Of a DNA stretch of 64,000 bases, positions 13,475-28,400 are shown one piece after another. The DNA comes from Gnetum montanum. Taxonomy: Eukaryota > Plantae > Gnetophyta. The position numbers were made by a program, and so were the translations under genes. Each line of letters begins with the position of its first letter. Position 1 is the first letter of the stretch. The stretch lies in the NCBI GenBank assembly GCA_015680685.1, contig MNCI01001310.1, positions 340,976-404,975 on the forward strand, in the 5' to 3' direction. Under the pieces are notes generated by a model. That model ran no database searches. It had not been told where the DNA came from and saw nothing but the letters and a program-made list of their open reading frames with translations.

Positions 13475-14285
13475 TGATGACCGGTGGGTATCCCCTATGC
13501 CCAAGCATGTGAATCACAAGCATTAAGGTGTAATCTGGTTGAATTTCATGTATAGAACTAGTCTAATATCTAGATTGTTAAGCATTGATCATAGGTTGCT
13601 ATCTTCTTACTTAGATTAGTGGTAGCTTTGTCACGTATGGGTTAGCCCAAAGTGAGGCATATAATTATGATGTTATTGAGGCCTTGAAGTAAATTAATCA
13701 ATAATATAAAAATTAATTATTTAATCTAAGTAACAATAAAATATAACACTATCCTAAGGATGATGAGTGTCTCTTCCCAACTTGATGTACACATCCTAAA
13801 CTCATGTACCAACTGTTAGGATTACCAACTGTTATGCTACTAAGAAAACCAAGCAATAACACTATTGGGATTACCAAGTGAATATGTGTTTATGGTTGAA
13901 ATAGTCACACTCATTCCATCAATTGATTAACATGTATGAAAATGTAAATATTAACCAAGTATATAGAAAGTATATTGCATTGAAAGTAAATCTATTCTAA
14001 GTCAAATAGTTGCAATGAATATGAATTGATCGTCATTCATAGAATGTGTCTAGGTGCAATACCACTCGAATAAAACACCATACAATTGACTCAAATCCAC
14101 ACTACAGACACTCATTGACTATTTGTTAAGATTATATAGTAACATTGCAAGAGTTCAGCTACACTATTGACCAAATGGTGCTAAATACATGGTGGGTGCT
14201 TGCATATTTATAGGAAAATATAGGCATTGCATCGATAGGGATGCATTAATGCATTTGGCTATTTCGATAGGGATGCATCGATGAG
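13475..14285 (-). repeat. Solo LTR of family A in kinase intron 3
   Basis: Start TGATGACCGGTGGGTATCCCCTATGCCCAAGCAT is homologous to the 9641 and 36064 copies; the right boundary is approximate. Confidence 0.6.
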
Positions 14286-16479
14286 GATGAAGAAGACACC
14301 ATAAAAAATACGAATTTTAGAAAATGTAGGAGCTCTTCAAATATATTTCATTTTCCTTATCCAAAAGTGCAATGATAATTGCATTTTCTAAGCCTTAGTA
14401 AATTTGTTATGAATAAAATCATTCTTTGTAATAATCTCATAAGTAACTTTCAAATTAAAAAGAAAAATAGATGAGATGTTGGCCTAGTCATAAGATTCTT
14501 AATCTTAAAGTTCCAAGTCATGGATTTTATTCTAGTGGGCAATGCTAAGTTACAAAACTCTATAAGGTGTTAATTTAGTGGTAAGATTTTTAGCTTAGAA
14601 AACCCATGTTACATGTTCTATTCTAGTGGGTAATGTTGAGTTATGGATTAAAAATAAAAATTTAAAGTAGTAAACATAGTACTTTGGTTCAAAAAAAATG
14701 AACTTGTTTTGAAGTTTAAACTTGTAACCTCTTATCTACATAATACTTGTAGATGATGAAATAACCACCCAGTACTTTCGTAGAACATGAACTTTCTTTA
14801 AGCTTGAACTTGTAACCTATTGCCTTATAATACTTGTAAATAATAAAATAACCAAGTGACCTCTAATAATACTAAAACCAAAATTGAATTTTTGCTTATA
14901 TTCATTAAGACTCTTTGGATATATCAAACTAGTTTTAGAATTCTTTTTATGGAAATTTTTAAAGCTATAATTCACTATTGCCCATTAGAATCAAACATCT
15001 AACATGGGTTACAATAATAGTAAAGAAAAAATAATGAAATCTAGTGCCTTTTTTATTATATCCTACTATGTTTATTAACTAGATTTAAAAATAAGCTTGA
15101 TTTTTTAGTTTAATTTCATAAGCATAATAAGATTCTTCTATAATTCTTATTCTATATTATGTTGGCCATATGTCATGGTCAAATTATTTTGAATTTTGAT
15201 TCTCCTCTTCTTTAATTTTCCCAGTAAAATTAAAACTTTAGAACTCAATATGGAAAAGAAAAACTTTTTAATTTTAGAGATGTATACTTAGGTATACAAG
15301 CTTAGAATTAAAATTTTGAAAAATCAAGAGAGGAAAATTAATGGTTTCTAGGAAGGATTGTTGTAGTTCGAACAATATTTACATCACTTTCAAGATTTGT
15401 ACTCCAACTTAAAATATAAAATGATTTGTAGTAATAGAAAGGTGTGGCAAAATATAACATTTTTAGAGAAGTTTACGAAGATTAGGATTTTTCAAGGTAA
15501 ATAACATCTAATTGAAACCGAAGTTGAATATTTATTTATATCCGAAAAGATGCTTTTAGATCTCTTAGGTAAGACATTTCAAAATTCCTATTACAAAATT
15601 ATTTTGTACTTCACAACTTCATATTTAACAAAACTAAGGAAAACCTATAAATTGAGATCTTGAGCTAGTAAAAATGTCCAAATAGAGTATAAAGAAGAGA
15701 ATAAGAGGAAAATTGAAGAGGAGAGGGAATGAAAAGAGGAAGCAATAGGGGACACCACTAAATCCCAATAAATTATAAAGAAGGGGAGAAAGGGATATTG
15801 AAACTAGAACTATATGACTATATGTATTATTTGGACGTATAGCCAACATAGTCGATGATATATAGCTTAAGTGGTTAATTCATTATTTGATAAGGATTTG
15901 TAGGCAAGAGGTTGTTAATTACCTCTAGTCAAATAGTTTTGGGTTTCAATAATATGTTCCTATATAGCCAACTAGAAACTTTCATAAAACTTAAGGAAAA
16001 CATAACAGTACGTTAGATCAACATACTCATCAAAATTAAACCAGTGATTTGAAAATCATAGGTTGCTTGCTTTAACAAAAAACGAATCAAAAGATTACTA
16101 TTGGGTAAGGATTACCCATCATAATATTCCATTAAAACTTCCAAAATTAAGCTCAAGGACTCAAAGCTTGAACATGAAAGTAAACAAATTTTTTTTTTCA
16201 ATACCATTTTAGAGTACAAATGTTGGAAGAAAAAATAATAAGAAGAATTTAGAACAAAACCTGACCCTTTAGGAATACAAATGCTTAAGATGAACAACAT
16301 ACTAGCCCCACAAGCATGAACTAACTCTCATACTTTCCTCTAATAAGACATCTATAATTGAGGCCTTGTTTGATTTTTATAACTTTGCTGATGATTGTTG
16401 GGCTTCCCTCCCAATCATTGAACTTCCATTTCAAATGTGGGAATTATAATAAATTATTTTTAAGAAAATTAGAAGGGGT

Positions 16480-16979
16480 TGTAACTCACATCTTGTTAGT
16501 AGTCTAAACTAGCTATGATTGACTATAACTTGCACTAGCTCGCACTAGTAAATTGCTGAAAATCCAAAGAATTCTGTAGGAGCTGTTGGAGATTGCAACT
16601 CAAATGAATACATAGTTTTAGCTAGTTGTCACCATTTGCAACTGACATTAGCTTGCATAGAAAGGAACACATATTTCTTGAAAGCATACTTATAACAAGT
16701 TGATTGCAATTTGCTATAGTCCACATAGCCTCGCAATGTGTTTTGTTAGAGAATATATTATTTTTGCCTTTACTTTGGACCAACTATGGTCTATGGTCAA
16801 ATTTGACTCATAGTGATCTTGTAATTTGGTTGTAGTTGGTTACGACTTGCATTAGCTTACAACTACTAATCAAAAACACAAAACACATACAAATGACTTC
16901 TAGACAAGCTCAAATTTATAAAAATGACCCATAGACATTGCATTAGGCTCTAAGTCTATGACTATTTTTCTACCTAGTG
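16480..16979. mobile_element. Possible CACTA transposon end with degenerate subterminal repeats
   Basis: Ends ...TATTTTTCTACCTAGTG (reverse complement CACTAGGTAGAAAAA), preceded by repeated TTGCA(A/C/T)TAG-like motifs. Confidence 0.4.
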
Positions 16980-19289
16980 AATAGGTTAGGTTTTTGTATG
17001 CAAGGAGCTATTTGCATTGTTTACATATTTTTTTATTTATGTTTATATTTTTTTGTCCCTCTATACTTGTTTTCAAATGCTTATTTCTTTGTTTATCATA
17101 TTTTCTTGGCATCATTCAATTATTATTAAGTTACAATTTTTTTTCTATAAGTAATATCTTTATAGCCTAAGTTTGATTAGTGAGATGTTACAAGTTAGTA
17201 TAGGCTAGAAAGGTATTGCTTACAAAAATAAATCACAACTTGATGAAAATTGAAGGATGCTAAGAAAATGTGATAGGTAAAGTAGTAGGCATCCAAAATT
17301 AGGCATAGAGGAAGATAAAAAAAATATAAACAACAAATAAAAGAATATGTAAACAATGCTAATAGCCCTTTGTGTACAAAAAACAAAACTTGTTGACTAA
17401 GTAAAAAATAGTTCGATATCTTAAAGCCCAAGCTAAATTACAATAAATAGAATGTAATAAAAAAAAACAAAATTAGTTACATGATATACATAATCAAATA
17501 TCACCATGATATTGGGTTCTAGTGGAAGCAAAATAATTTCAATAAAATTGTATGAAAAATACCAACATTACTTAATCAAATTAACTAAACAATGCATATT
17601 GATACTTTCTTGAGAAATGCAACTTGCATAAGCACTACCAAAATAGCCAAATATTGATGTGGATACTTATCGATTATGCGAATTACATAAGCATTATCTA
17701 CAGTTCCCATGAAATGCGACCTCCATAAGTACTTCCAAAAGTAGTTAAATGTTAGTATTAATAGTTATTGATAAATGTGACTTATGTAAGCATCATAACA
17801 AATCATAAACATTAATATCAAACACAAACCAAAAACCAAAGCATGGGTGGTAGGAAAATATGTTCAAATCGCTTAACGAACCAAATGGGATCTAATGCCA
17901 AAGGTTGGTAAGCCTAAAACACACATTTTGCAAATAGTTAATGCTAAGGAAAAAAAAAACACTAAAATGACTTAAATGATCAAAAGGAGATTATTGTCAA
18001 ACAAGGATTGACTGGTTGCCAAAGGCTACTAAGGCCTAAAACCAAATCTTCAAGTGGATAACTAAAGTTGTAGAAAAGGATCAAATAGAAAAATAAAAAT
18101 CTTAAGGGCATTTTAAACATCTAAAAATCCTAAAACATGATTAGTTACCATTTAAGACTTTTAGATGCTCTAATAAGTCCTAATAGCTATGTTTTTTTTT
18201 TATCATTTCCACAATTTTTAGAATCTAATAGTTAGAGGGTCATTTTATAAAAGTTTATCAGTGTTACATGTGGTATCTAAATTTGTCCCAAAAATTCATT
18301 GTGACCTATGTTGTGATGTAGTGGAAAGATATCCTTGTGATGCGTGGAAGAGAGTTGAACATTTTTTTCTTCTATACCATCATTATCCAAAGCCATCTTG
18401 AGACTCAAAAATGCAAATCATAGTCTAAAATCATATTTTTATAGTTTAGAAATTTAGGAGAAGAAAAATAGAATAAAAAAAATTTAAATAGAGAAATAAT
18501 TCAATATTTAATATTCCATGTATGATAAAATCAATAAAATAATATTCAATTTGAGAAGTATATAAAAAAACAAATCAAATCTAGTAGAAATAGAATCCAA
18601 AGTTGAACAAACCAAACTAAATCAAATCATGTGCAAACCAAAAGCTCATATAACTAATATTCCAAAATCCAAAATTAAATCATTTTAGTAAATCTTTCCT
18701 ACTTACCTGATAGTGCTATTGCTAAAACCCTCACATGGTTGAAATCTCCAAACTGCCAAGATCTTCCTCTTAGTTCAATCTTCAAAATGTCGATAGAGAA
18801 AATGAATGGATTTTAATGGATGGGCTACTAGGTATTTATGGTCATAAGGGTTTGATTCTAGTGAGCAATGTTGAGTTATAAAGTTCTAGTTGGACTATAT
18901 ATCTTTGGGTGTACCTATATTATAATTATTATACTTAACCAAAAAGGGTGATCTAAGAGGAAAAATTAAAATAAAGAAATATAATAAACTTAGAACTTTT
19001 AAAATTAACAAAAATAATATTCTAACAACTATCTAATAGCTATGTCTACCCCAAGGCCTAGCCAAAGATCTAGGATCCAGTTATATCTAACTAGGGAACC
19101 CCAAGGTGGTGGATTTGGGGGGTGAGTAAAGAAAATTTAGAGTACATAACATATATATATATAGAAAGAAAAAACTTTCCAATTTTAGGACTATCTACTT
19201 TGGTGTAAAACTTTACAGTTGGTACTTTGAAAAAATAAGTGAAGAAAATTAATTATTAGTAGGAAAGAAGATGAGTTTTAAAAAAAATT

Positions 19290-20480
19290 GATATCACTTT
19301 TCAACATCAATTCTTAAACTTAAAATAGCCAAAGGATTCAAGATAAGAAGTTGTAGCTTAATACTAATGTTTGTTTCAAAGCAAGAAAGTGGTATCACTA
19401 GTGGAAGATCTTCACCTTGTTGCTTGTTATTGATCTAACATCAAAAATATTTACCATCAAATATAACCTTCTTTTCAAGAACAGTTTCAATTTTTGAGTT
19501 AATAGTATTCTTGTCAAACTAGAAAACATTTGTATTATGAGTTATTTGTCCAAGCAACTAAATAATTTTTCTAGTACTAGCAAAAGTATACATAGTAACT
19601 TCCATCTTCTCTAGATTCTTTATTTTCATTCGATCATTATTATTGTTGAAATTAACTTGATTTTTCATATCTTCAACTTTATATTGTTTTTTCTAGATTC
19701 AACTTCAACACATTTTTCTTTTCTAATCTTTTTATAGTAGAAATGAATAAGCATTAACCAAATGTCCTTTACAATGGTGAAAGTTGTAAGAATTAGGAAA
19801 ATTATAATATGTAATTGGCTGAATATAAGTCTTTCCCCTTTCTTCTAATACCAATTGCTTTTTACAATTGAAAATGTTTATTTAAAAAAAAAAATCTATG
19901 AAAACCAACAGTTGTAGAAATAGACTCTATATTCTTAATGGGACCAAAAGACTAATAATTTATTACTAAGTTTTCTAAAAAATCAATGAAAGATTATATA
20001 TCTTGACAAAACATGAAACTTTAGCATATGTTTTAGATTAGATATCAAAATCTTAAACCCACTTACAAATGATCAACGCTACATACTTATGCATAAAAGG
20101 CCCTATATTTGGGATACATTGCATCATTGAAGCATTACCTAGCTCAATACGTACAAAAAACAAGAGTAATACCTACCATGAAGAATTCAGATGGCATTAT
20201 TTTTCTCATATCATTTAACTACAAAACGAACTTCAATAATGAGGCTAGTAACCCCAAATTTGAATGAACACATATTGTGATGAAAGATCAATGACCAACG
20301 ACTTATATCCATCATTAAGACGAACAAAATTAGGTGTCTTAGTTACATTAACATCACTAAAAGAAGGTGTTACATCTTTTTTCTATACTAGCTTGTAAAT
20401 TTGCATTTTGAGAATCAATAGAAATTTTTGCATTAATAAAAGAAGCAAAAATTTTAATATTGGTTGAAGAAGTTAGGAGT
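19290..20480 (-). mobile_element. Highly decayed hAT-like transposase remnant
   Basis: Only weak traces of a TTF-type zinc finger (RKW..KVSCF) and a dimerisation-like LAILS motif; no intact ORF. Confidence 0.3.
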
Positions 20481-21432
20481 AATATAGAATTCCTTGTAGG
20501 GAAATTCTAGAAAAATTAGATTCATTAAAGAAAAATTGAATAGAGAAAAAATAGATTTGCTAAAAAAAATTAGATTCATTGAAGAAACACTAGAGCCAAT
20601 GAAAAAACATAAGATTATCTAAAAATATCATATCGATTGAAAAACATTAGATCCTATCATTGAATAGATTTGACAATCATTCCCATTATAACTAACCAAG
20701 GTACCAAAGGATGCCCAAACAAAAGGCTATAAGCTCAAAATAAATTAAAACTTTAAACAAAATATTTAATTTATTCTAAAATTGAGTAAGCTTACTAGTT
20801 GAATTGCCTATTATATCCACAACTAAGAATTATACCTTCAATCTCATACTAGAGATACTTTAACAACAAGTGCATAACCAATTTAACCATGCTAATGTTT
20901 TTTTTCTTCAAACAACCATAATGTAAACCAAACACATAAGAAACAAGTAGATTGCAAGCTTGATGTAATAACTCATGCATTAATGATCCATCTAGTATTT
21001 GATGCATGTTTACTCAAACTCCAATAAATGGGTTAGTGCACATATGTTGAATTAACCAAGGAAAAAAAAATACAAAAAAACAAAAAAAAAAATAGAAAAA
21101 AAATAAAACATATTAAAATATTAAAAGTAGTTGATAAGGATAATTACAAGGTAAATAGCTCAACAACTAGAGCATAAGCATAGAGTACATACAAAAGAGG
21201 TATCATAGCATAAGATATAGACTAAGCAATCAACACATTAAGGGTTCAAATCAAAGTATATACCAAGGGGTAAGGGTATTTAAGAATGGGGTGTTACACT
21301 TTGAGGATACAATTTATGTTAAGAAGGTAGAGTGCTCTTCTCATTACTATTTAAAGATTTACAAAGAAATTATAAAGCATAGTTACAATTTGGTCATTTA
21401 AACCAATAAATAAGAAGCAAAACTATTGACTT

Positions 21433-22550
21433 ATCATCATCATCTGAATCTTTTTCCAACAAAATGAGATTGACTACATAAGTTCTATTTTTCCATTATC
21501 CTTTATGAAGAGTCAAATCTTTGTTTATTTGTAATTTCTTCAAATCATGTGCAATCATTTTTTCCCATGTCTTGTTTAATCTTCCTTTCGATGGCTTTCT
21601 TGGAACATTGATGTAGCAACCTTTTCTAATAACATTATTATTTGATTTCTTTACACATGCTCAAACCATCTAAGACATAATTCTTGTAGCTTATCCAAAG
21701 TAGAAATAACTCCAAGTCGTCCTCTAATGTTTGCATTGTGTAGTTTATCCCTTCATGTAACATTCAACATCCATCTAAGCATTTGCATTTTTGCCATGCT
21801 GAGTTTTGGTTCATGCTTCTTTTGTATTGCCAACATTAAACAAAATATAATATTAGTTTTATTAGGATTATTATATTGCACAAATAATACTATCTTATCT
21901 CCATTTTGACCATCAATTTCACTATCTAATTGGAGCATTAATCCTAGGTAGGAAAACTATTTGTAATGAGGTACTTTTTGGCTTTGAATTATAACTTCTA
22001 TGTCACTATTGTTTATATTATTAATTAAATGCCTTCCATATATTTTGTCTTGCTTTTATTGATTTTTGAACCTTTGAACTCTAGAGCATATCTTCACTTT
22101 TCCATTTTAAAAATAATACCTTCTTGATCTATATCCACCAAGACAATATCACTTGCAAAAAGCATATACCAAGGAATCTCATCCTATTTCCTTTGTTAAT
22201 TCATCCATTATAATAATAGCTAGTAAGTATGAAATAAGTGCAAATCCTTGATGTAGACCTAAGGTGACTCGAAAATTAAATGTGATCTCATTAGCTATTC
22301 TAATTCTAGTAGTAGCTCCTTCATACATGTATTGAATCACTTTAATATATTTATTAGGGATATTTTTCCTTGATAAGGCCTATTAAATAATATGGCTAGG
22401 GACTTTAGCGTATATTTTTCCAAGTCAATGAAGATAATATGTAGATTTTATTTATATTTGTTAAATTTCTTCATTAATTATCATATTAAGAAAACAACTT
22501 CTATAGTAGATCTTTATGACATAAATCCAAATTGATCTTTTAATATTATT
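21433..22550 (-). mobile_element. RTE-clade LINE fragment
   Basis: Reverse strand PWYMLFASDIVLVD and YLG RT motifs; (GAT)n-type 3' tail at 21433-21445. Confidence 0.8.
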
Positions 22551-23025
22551 GATTTAAGCTTGAGACATTACTTTATTGGAGTACTAATTACATAACATGA
22601 ACATAAAAATGATACATTACCAACTATTCAAATTAATCAACATTGTAGTACAAGTAAGAACATTGACCAAGTAGATGAAACCAATATTCCAAGCATTATA
22701 ACAGCAAAAAGGTCTTAAAGTATTTCAATGAAGAATAACCTTAAATTTATTCAATAAATAAAATAATTATGTTAGTAGTTAAAGTATCAAGTTTATTTGA
22801 ATAAATGGTAATGAGAAATAAACATGGAAATATTGTTCTCTCAATGTAGGCATAGAGAAATATATTTCTTGATCTAGATTCCATCTCAAAATGTGAACTA
22901 TTCAATTTAATGATATAATTGAGATATGCATGTGTAATAATACATCTTGGCAATGGATTTGCAAGGATAATTCATCTTGCAAAATGGCAATAAACGTAAC
23001 TTGTATTACAAAACCAATAATCATT

Positions 23026-24085
23026 GTCATCATCATCCTAGCCTTGTCCCACTAAAATGGGATCAACTACATGTGTTCTTTCTTGACATTCACCTCTATG
23101 AAGAACTAGATCTTTGTTTATTTGTATTTTCTTCAAATCATCTTTGATTTTTTTTTTCATGTCTTCTTTGATCTTCCCTTTTGATGGCTTTCATGGAATA
23201 GTGATGTAGCAACCTTTATTTATAGGCTCATTGTTTGATCTTCTTTATATAGGTCTAAACCATCTAAGCTGTCATTCTTGTAACTTATCTGAAATAGCAA
23301 CTACTCCAAGTCTTCCTCTAATATCTGTATTATGTAGTTTATCTCTTTAGTAATATCCAACATCCATTGAAGTATTCACATTTCTATAGCATTGATTTGT
23401 TATTCATGTCTCTTTTTTATTGCCTAACATTCAACATCATAATAGGCCTTAGTGTTGTCTTATAAAATTTTTCCTTCAATTTTATTGGTATTCTTTTATC
23501 ACATAGAATACCAGTAGTCTCTCTCCATTTTAACCATCATGCCTCAATTCTATTTCTTATATGTTTATTAATTTCACCATTTGATTGGAGGATTGATCCT
23601 AGATAGCAGAACCATTTCCAGTGAGGGACTTTTTTACCTTGAATTGCTACTTCTATTTTACCATTGGTTATGCTATTATTAAAATTGTGTTCTATATATT
23701 CTATCTTACTTTTGCTAATTTTTAAGTCTTTTGATTCTAGAACATGTCTCCACTTCTCCATCTTAGAAGCAATATTTTCTTGAGTTGTATCCACTAACAT
23801 AATATCATCTACAAATAAAATACATTAAGGGGTTTTATCTTGTATTTTCCTTGTTAATTCATCCATAATAATGGTAAGAAAGTAAGGGGTAAGCATAGAC
23901 CCTTGATGTAGATCTACTGTGATTGAAAAATCAAATGTTATTCTACAAGTTGTTCTAATTTTAGTGGTAGCTCCTTCATACATATCTTGAATCACTTTAA
24001 TATAGTTATTAGGGATGTTTTTTCTCTATAAGATCCATCAAATTATATATCTAGGCACTTTGTCATATGCTTTTTCTAAGTCATA
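23026..24085 (-). mobile_element. RTE-clade LINE fragment (second copy)
   Basis: FVDDIMLVD..LESKDLKISKSKIEY..FCYLGSIL (ORF 23537-23800); 3' end GGGACAAGGCTAGGATGATGATGA on the minus strand. Confidence 0.85.
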
Positions 24086-24756
24086 TCTTTCAAAGCTTCA
24101 TAGTGTGGCTCATTAGCTTGATCCCTTTATAGTTTGCACTTATATTATTGAACTACTTTGCATGTCAAAAATATTGCTCACTTGATTTTAAGAGCATGTA
24201 TGTTACTAATTTCATGACTATGCTTCTTGAAGTGCATATCATAATTAAATTTTACCTTGCCACTATGCACGAGCTTTTTGTTATTAGTGCAAAACCATCG
24301 TATATAAATCATTTCTAGAAAATGCTTACTAACCATCAACATAGTTATCTTTTGTATGTACATACATCATACTAGCTTGAATTTAACAAACTAGTTGTTA
24401 AATCTATAACTATTTGCTTTGTAACTACATCCATACACTCTTATTGTCAATATTGAATCATATAAGCTTTGATACCACTATTAAGACTTATCAACAATAA
24501 GATTCTAAAATTGAAAACAAAAGATTAGCATAATAAATTAGACTAACGAAAACTAAACCAACCATACAAATGAAGTCATTTTTGTAGTTTAATTTAGTAG
24601 TTTTTTCTTTGCAGTCTCTTTTCTTTTCTTTTTCTTTTTCTGCATGTTTCTTTCTTTTTGGCCTAACTCGCTTTAGCTACTTCATGTGATCTACTAAAAT
24701 TTTTTAGGTTTAAACAATGAGGTGTTAACCTAGTGGTAGGGTCTTGGCCTAGTAAC

Positions 24757-25411
24757 CCCAAAAAGCAAACATGTTAATATTGAAACTTATCCATGATTTA
24801 TGTTAATATTAATCCTATGTATAAATGGTAAATTTTCATGTGTAACCTAAGCTTGTTAAATATATTTAGTTACTATAACTTCTAACACCCTAAAAGCAAA
24901 CATGTTAATATTGAAACTTATCCATGATTTATGTTAATATTAATCCTATGTATAAATGGTAAATTTTCATGTGTAACCTAAGCTTGTTAAATATATTTAG
25001 TTACTATAACTTCTAACACCCTAAAAGCAAACATGTTAATATTGAAACTTATCCATGATTTATGTTAATATTAATCCTATGTATAAATGGTAAATTTTCA
25101 TGTGTAACCTAAGCTTGTTAAATATATTTAGTTACTATAACTTCTAACACCCTAAAAGCAAACATGTTAATATTGAAACTTATCCATGATTTATGTTAAT
25201 ATTAATCCTATGTATAAATGGTAAATTTTCATGTGTAACCTAAGCTTGTTAAATATATTTAGTTACTATAACTTCTAACACCCTAAAAGCAAACATGTTA
25301 ATATTGAAACTTATCCATGATTTATGTTAATATTAATCCTATGTATAAATGGTAAATTTTCATGTGTAACCTAAGCTTGTTAAATATATTTAGTTACTAT
25401 AACTTCTAACA
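24757..25411. repeat. Tandem repeat, 131-bp unit x5, nearly identical copies
   Basis: AAAAGCAAACATG starts at ~24761, 24892, 25023, 25154 and 25285; each unit ends ...CTTCTAAC. Confidence 0.95.
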
Positions 25412-25428
25412 AGGTATCAATTTTATAG

Positions 25429-25473
25429 GATGGCTCCGGATGTACTACCAGATGGAAAAGGATACAACTTCAA
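25429..25473 (+). CDS. Ste20-like kinase exon 4 (45-nt small exon)
   Basis: TTTTATAG|G ATG GCT CCG GAT...TAC AAC TTC AA|GT completes the Trp codon and reads (W)MAPDVLPDGKGYNF(K). This matches the family pattern WMAPEV....GYNFK. Confidence 0.88.
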
Positions 25474-28400
25474 GTGGGTATTACCTTTTCTAAAAAATGA
25501 ACTTATTATACTTTTCATTATTTTACATAAATCATGAATTTTTAAAAATTTTGTTAGTTTCTTATATTCATAAAAATGTTATTGATATAGAAATAGATAT
25601 GAAACTTTTTACTAGGATAAATAATTTATTTTTATTCTAAGAAATTTTAAAACATTAAATTCAAATTGTTTGGGTAATAAAACATTGAATAAGAATATGA
25701 ATGTAAGGGATGTGGCCCCAAAATAATTGTAATATAGTCAAATTAAAATTTACAACTAAGTATTGTCTATCAAAATTGAACCCATGAATTGGAGCTTTTA
25801 AATCAAGAGTCTAACCACTAGACTAACACCTCATTATTGAATAAAAATATGAATGTATTTACTTACATCCATTAAGATCTTCTACATTTTTTAAACAAAC
25901 AATGAGGTGTTAACCTAGTGGTGCTTGTCTTGCCTTGGTAATCCTAAGTCATAGGTTTGATTCTACTAGATAGCACTACGTTATAAAATTTTATAAATCT
26001 TGGGAAGTGCCTATGTTTGACTTATTTTAGGTTCTAATACCCTACATTTGTTAAACAACATCAATCTCAAAATTTTCTTGATTTGAAAGATCTAAGTTAT
26101 GGATTCAATTTTGGTAGCCAATGTTGAGTCATAAAATTCAATTTGTAAGATTTATGACTTGTATTCTACAAGTAATTAACTTAATTAAGGATGAACTCGC
26201 AACCACTTATTTGTAATTCCTTGTTAATGAGCTAACCACTTGAACCAATTCTCATATTAAAATGTAAGTATATTTAGATAAGTGAATAATTTATGAGGTT
26301 GTCTACATAGAAAATCAACTCTTCTCTATTTTAGATCTTTGGGATTTTTTTGAAATTCTAACTTATGAGGATTATTTTTAGTTACTACATGTTAGTTATG
26401 GCTTCATTACAGATTGCAATGGATAAGATTATGAACTACAAGCATATTGCTAAAAGCATGGGTTATATCTAATGATTTTTTGTTGTTTTTCATTTGTGAG
26501 TTCATCATGATGATGTTGCAAATGATAACAAATGACAAATGAAAAGTTGAGGTCATGAGTATCATGCGATTAGATGGTGGATTTCTCAACATGGTTACAA
26601 TGATACTTTCCTTTATTTTGAGCTTCACATTGCAATCAAGTCATGATCTTGAATTTTAAAAACTTTTAAAATCTTGGGATCTTTCGAGCATATGCTTTGG
26701 AAGCCTATTCTCTTGACTTTGATTCTATAGCTTCATTTCGAAACCAAAACTAAATGGATATATGTATACTTAGGATATATAACTAACACAAAATTGTCAT
26801 AACTATTTTTTTTTTTGTCTTTTTAGCAAAGAACATAGTAATTTGTAGCATAGTCCCCTCATTACAATATAGTGGATATGATCCACTAAGCAAGGATGTC
26901 TTATCACAAGGTTACTCTAATGCTATCTAATGTTATCACACTCAAAAGTAGTGATGAGTGTCTTGACCACTATCCTATGCCCTAGGATGCAAAGATTTCA
27001 AAAATTTAAGTAGAACATTATGGTATGTTAGATAGGGACAATCATTTGGAATGATGGTAAGGTGCTCATTTCTCAAGTCAAAAACTTGCATTTGAGCTTG
27101 GGCATAATTACTTGAAGAGGTTAGGCTTTCGCTCATCTACCAATCCTCTTGGGACCTTACTTAGTAGGATGCACACTTTGGCTTTGGGAAATAATGCTTT
27201 ATAATTTTGTGTTAGATTAGTACATTCATTGGAATTGAACCTGTGACTTATAAATAATAAGTTACATGCTCTAATCAATAGAGCAATTTTAAAAGATAAT
27301 TAATGAATCATCACTTGGAGCCTTAATGCTCATCTTGCTGAGGAGGATTAGCAGATAAGAAAAAGCCCAATGTCTTCGAACCCACCTCTTCTAACTTAGA
27401 AAACAACCACCTTACCATTACTCTAAATGATTGTTTCAAATTCTTAGAGATAATTATGAAATTAAAGTTAATTTTTTATTTATGTCTACTAAGAACCCCT
27501 TGGATTTGTTAAACCACACCAATTTTGGAATTGCTTTTATAGAATTTTTTATTTATAACTCAATGTTACCCATTGAAATCAAACTTATGACATGGGTTTT
27601 CCATATCAGAACTCTTGCCATATGCCAAGAATTATGAGTATTTGATATGTGTGTAGAATGTGAGATGAAAATAATGTTAAATATATTGAGATTAACTTTG
27701 ATCATAATATCTCTTACTTCAAATTGATCAAGTTACAATAAGAGAGTAGGGCCTTCTATTCATACTTTATTTGAAATTAAAATTGAATTTTTACTATTAC
27801 TCTCTTAGGAGAGGTCTTGAAATTTACTACTGTATCTTAACAATATTTACCTTTAAACATATAATCAAATTAAAACTTTATAGCTTAGTATTGCCCACCA
27901 GAGTCAAACCCATACCCATAACTTTCATCTACTTAAATTTTCTTGGATCTTTTATACTATACCATTTTTAGAATTTATTTTATGGATTTTATTTTTACAT
28001 AAAAAGATCCTTAGGATTTGTATTATTGGATTTTTCTAATTTTAAAAATTTAATTATTTTATAAGGATTTTTTTCCATAATATAATTTTCTAAAGTAAAT
28101 ATAATTGTATGTGGCTTGGCATTAATAGTGAGGTGTTAGGCTAGTGGTAAGGCCCTTGATTTAGAAGTACTACAAATAAACAAAGATCTAGCTCTTCATA
28201 GAGGCAAATGATGAAAAAGAACTCATGTTGTTGACCCTATTTTGTTAGGACAAGGCTTAGATGATGATGATGAATATTGTTTTATAAAGTTCTACTTTAA
28301 CTATATGTCTTGGGGGTAAATATTTTTAAAACGTTTTTGATTCTAACACTCATGACCTTCAATTTTAGTTTTTGACTCAAATTTGATCTTTGGAATAAAT

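Noticed and set aside
17610-17800. Degenerate repeats AAATGCRACTTRCATAAGCA (about 4 copies)
   Set aside because: Probably remnants of a TE internal repeat; too decayed to assign.
11595-25473. Calling the kinase BLUS1
   Set aside because: The family is clear, but orthology cannot be set from a partial sequence; the intron-rich structure fits other GCK-VI members.
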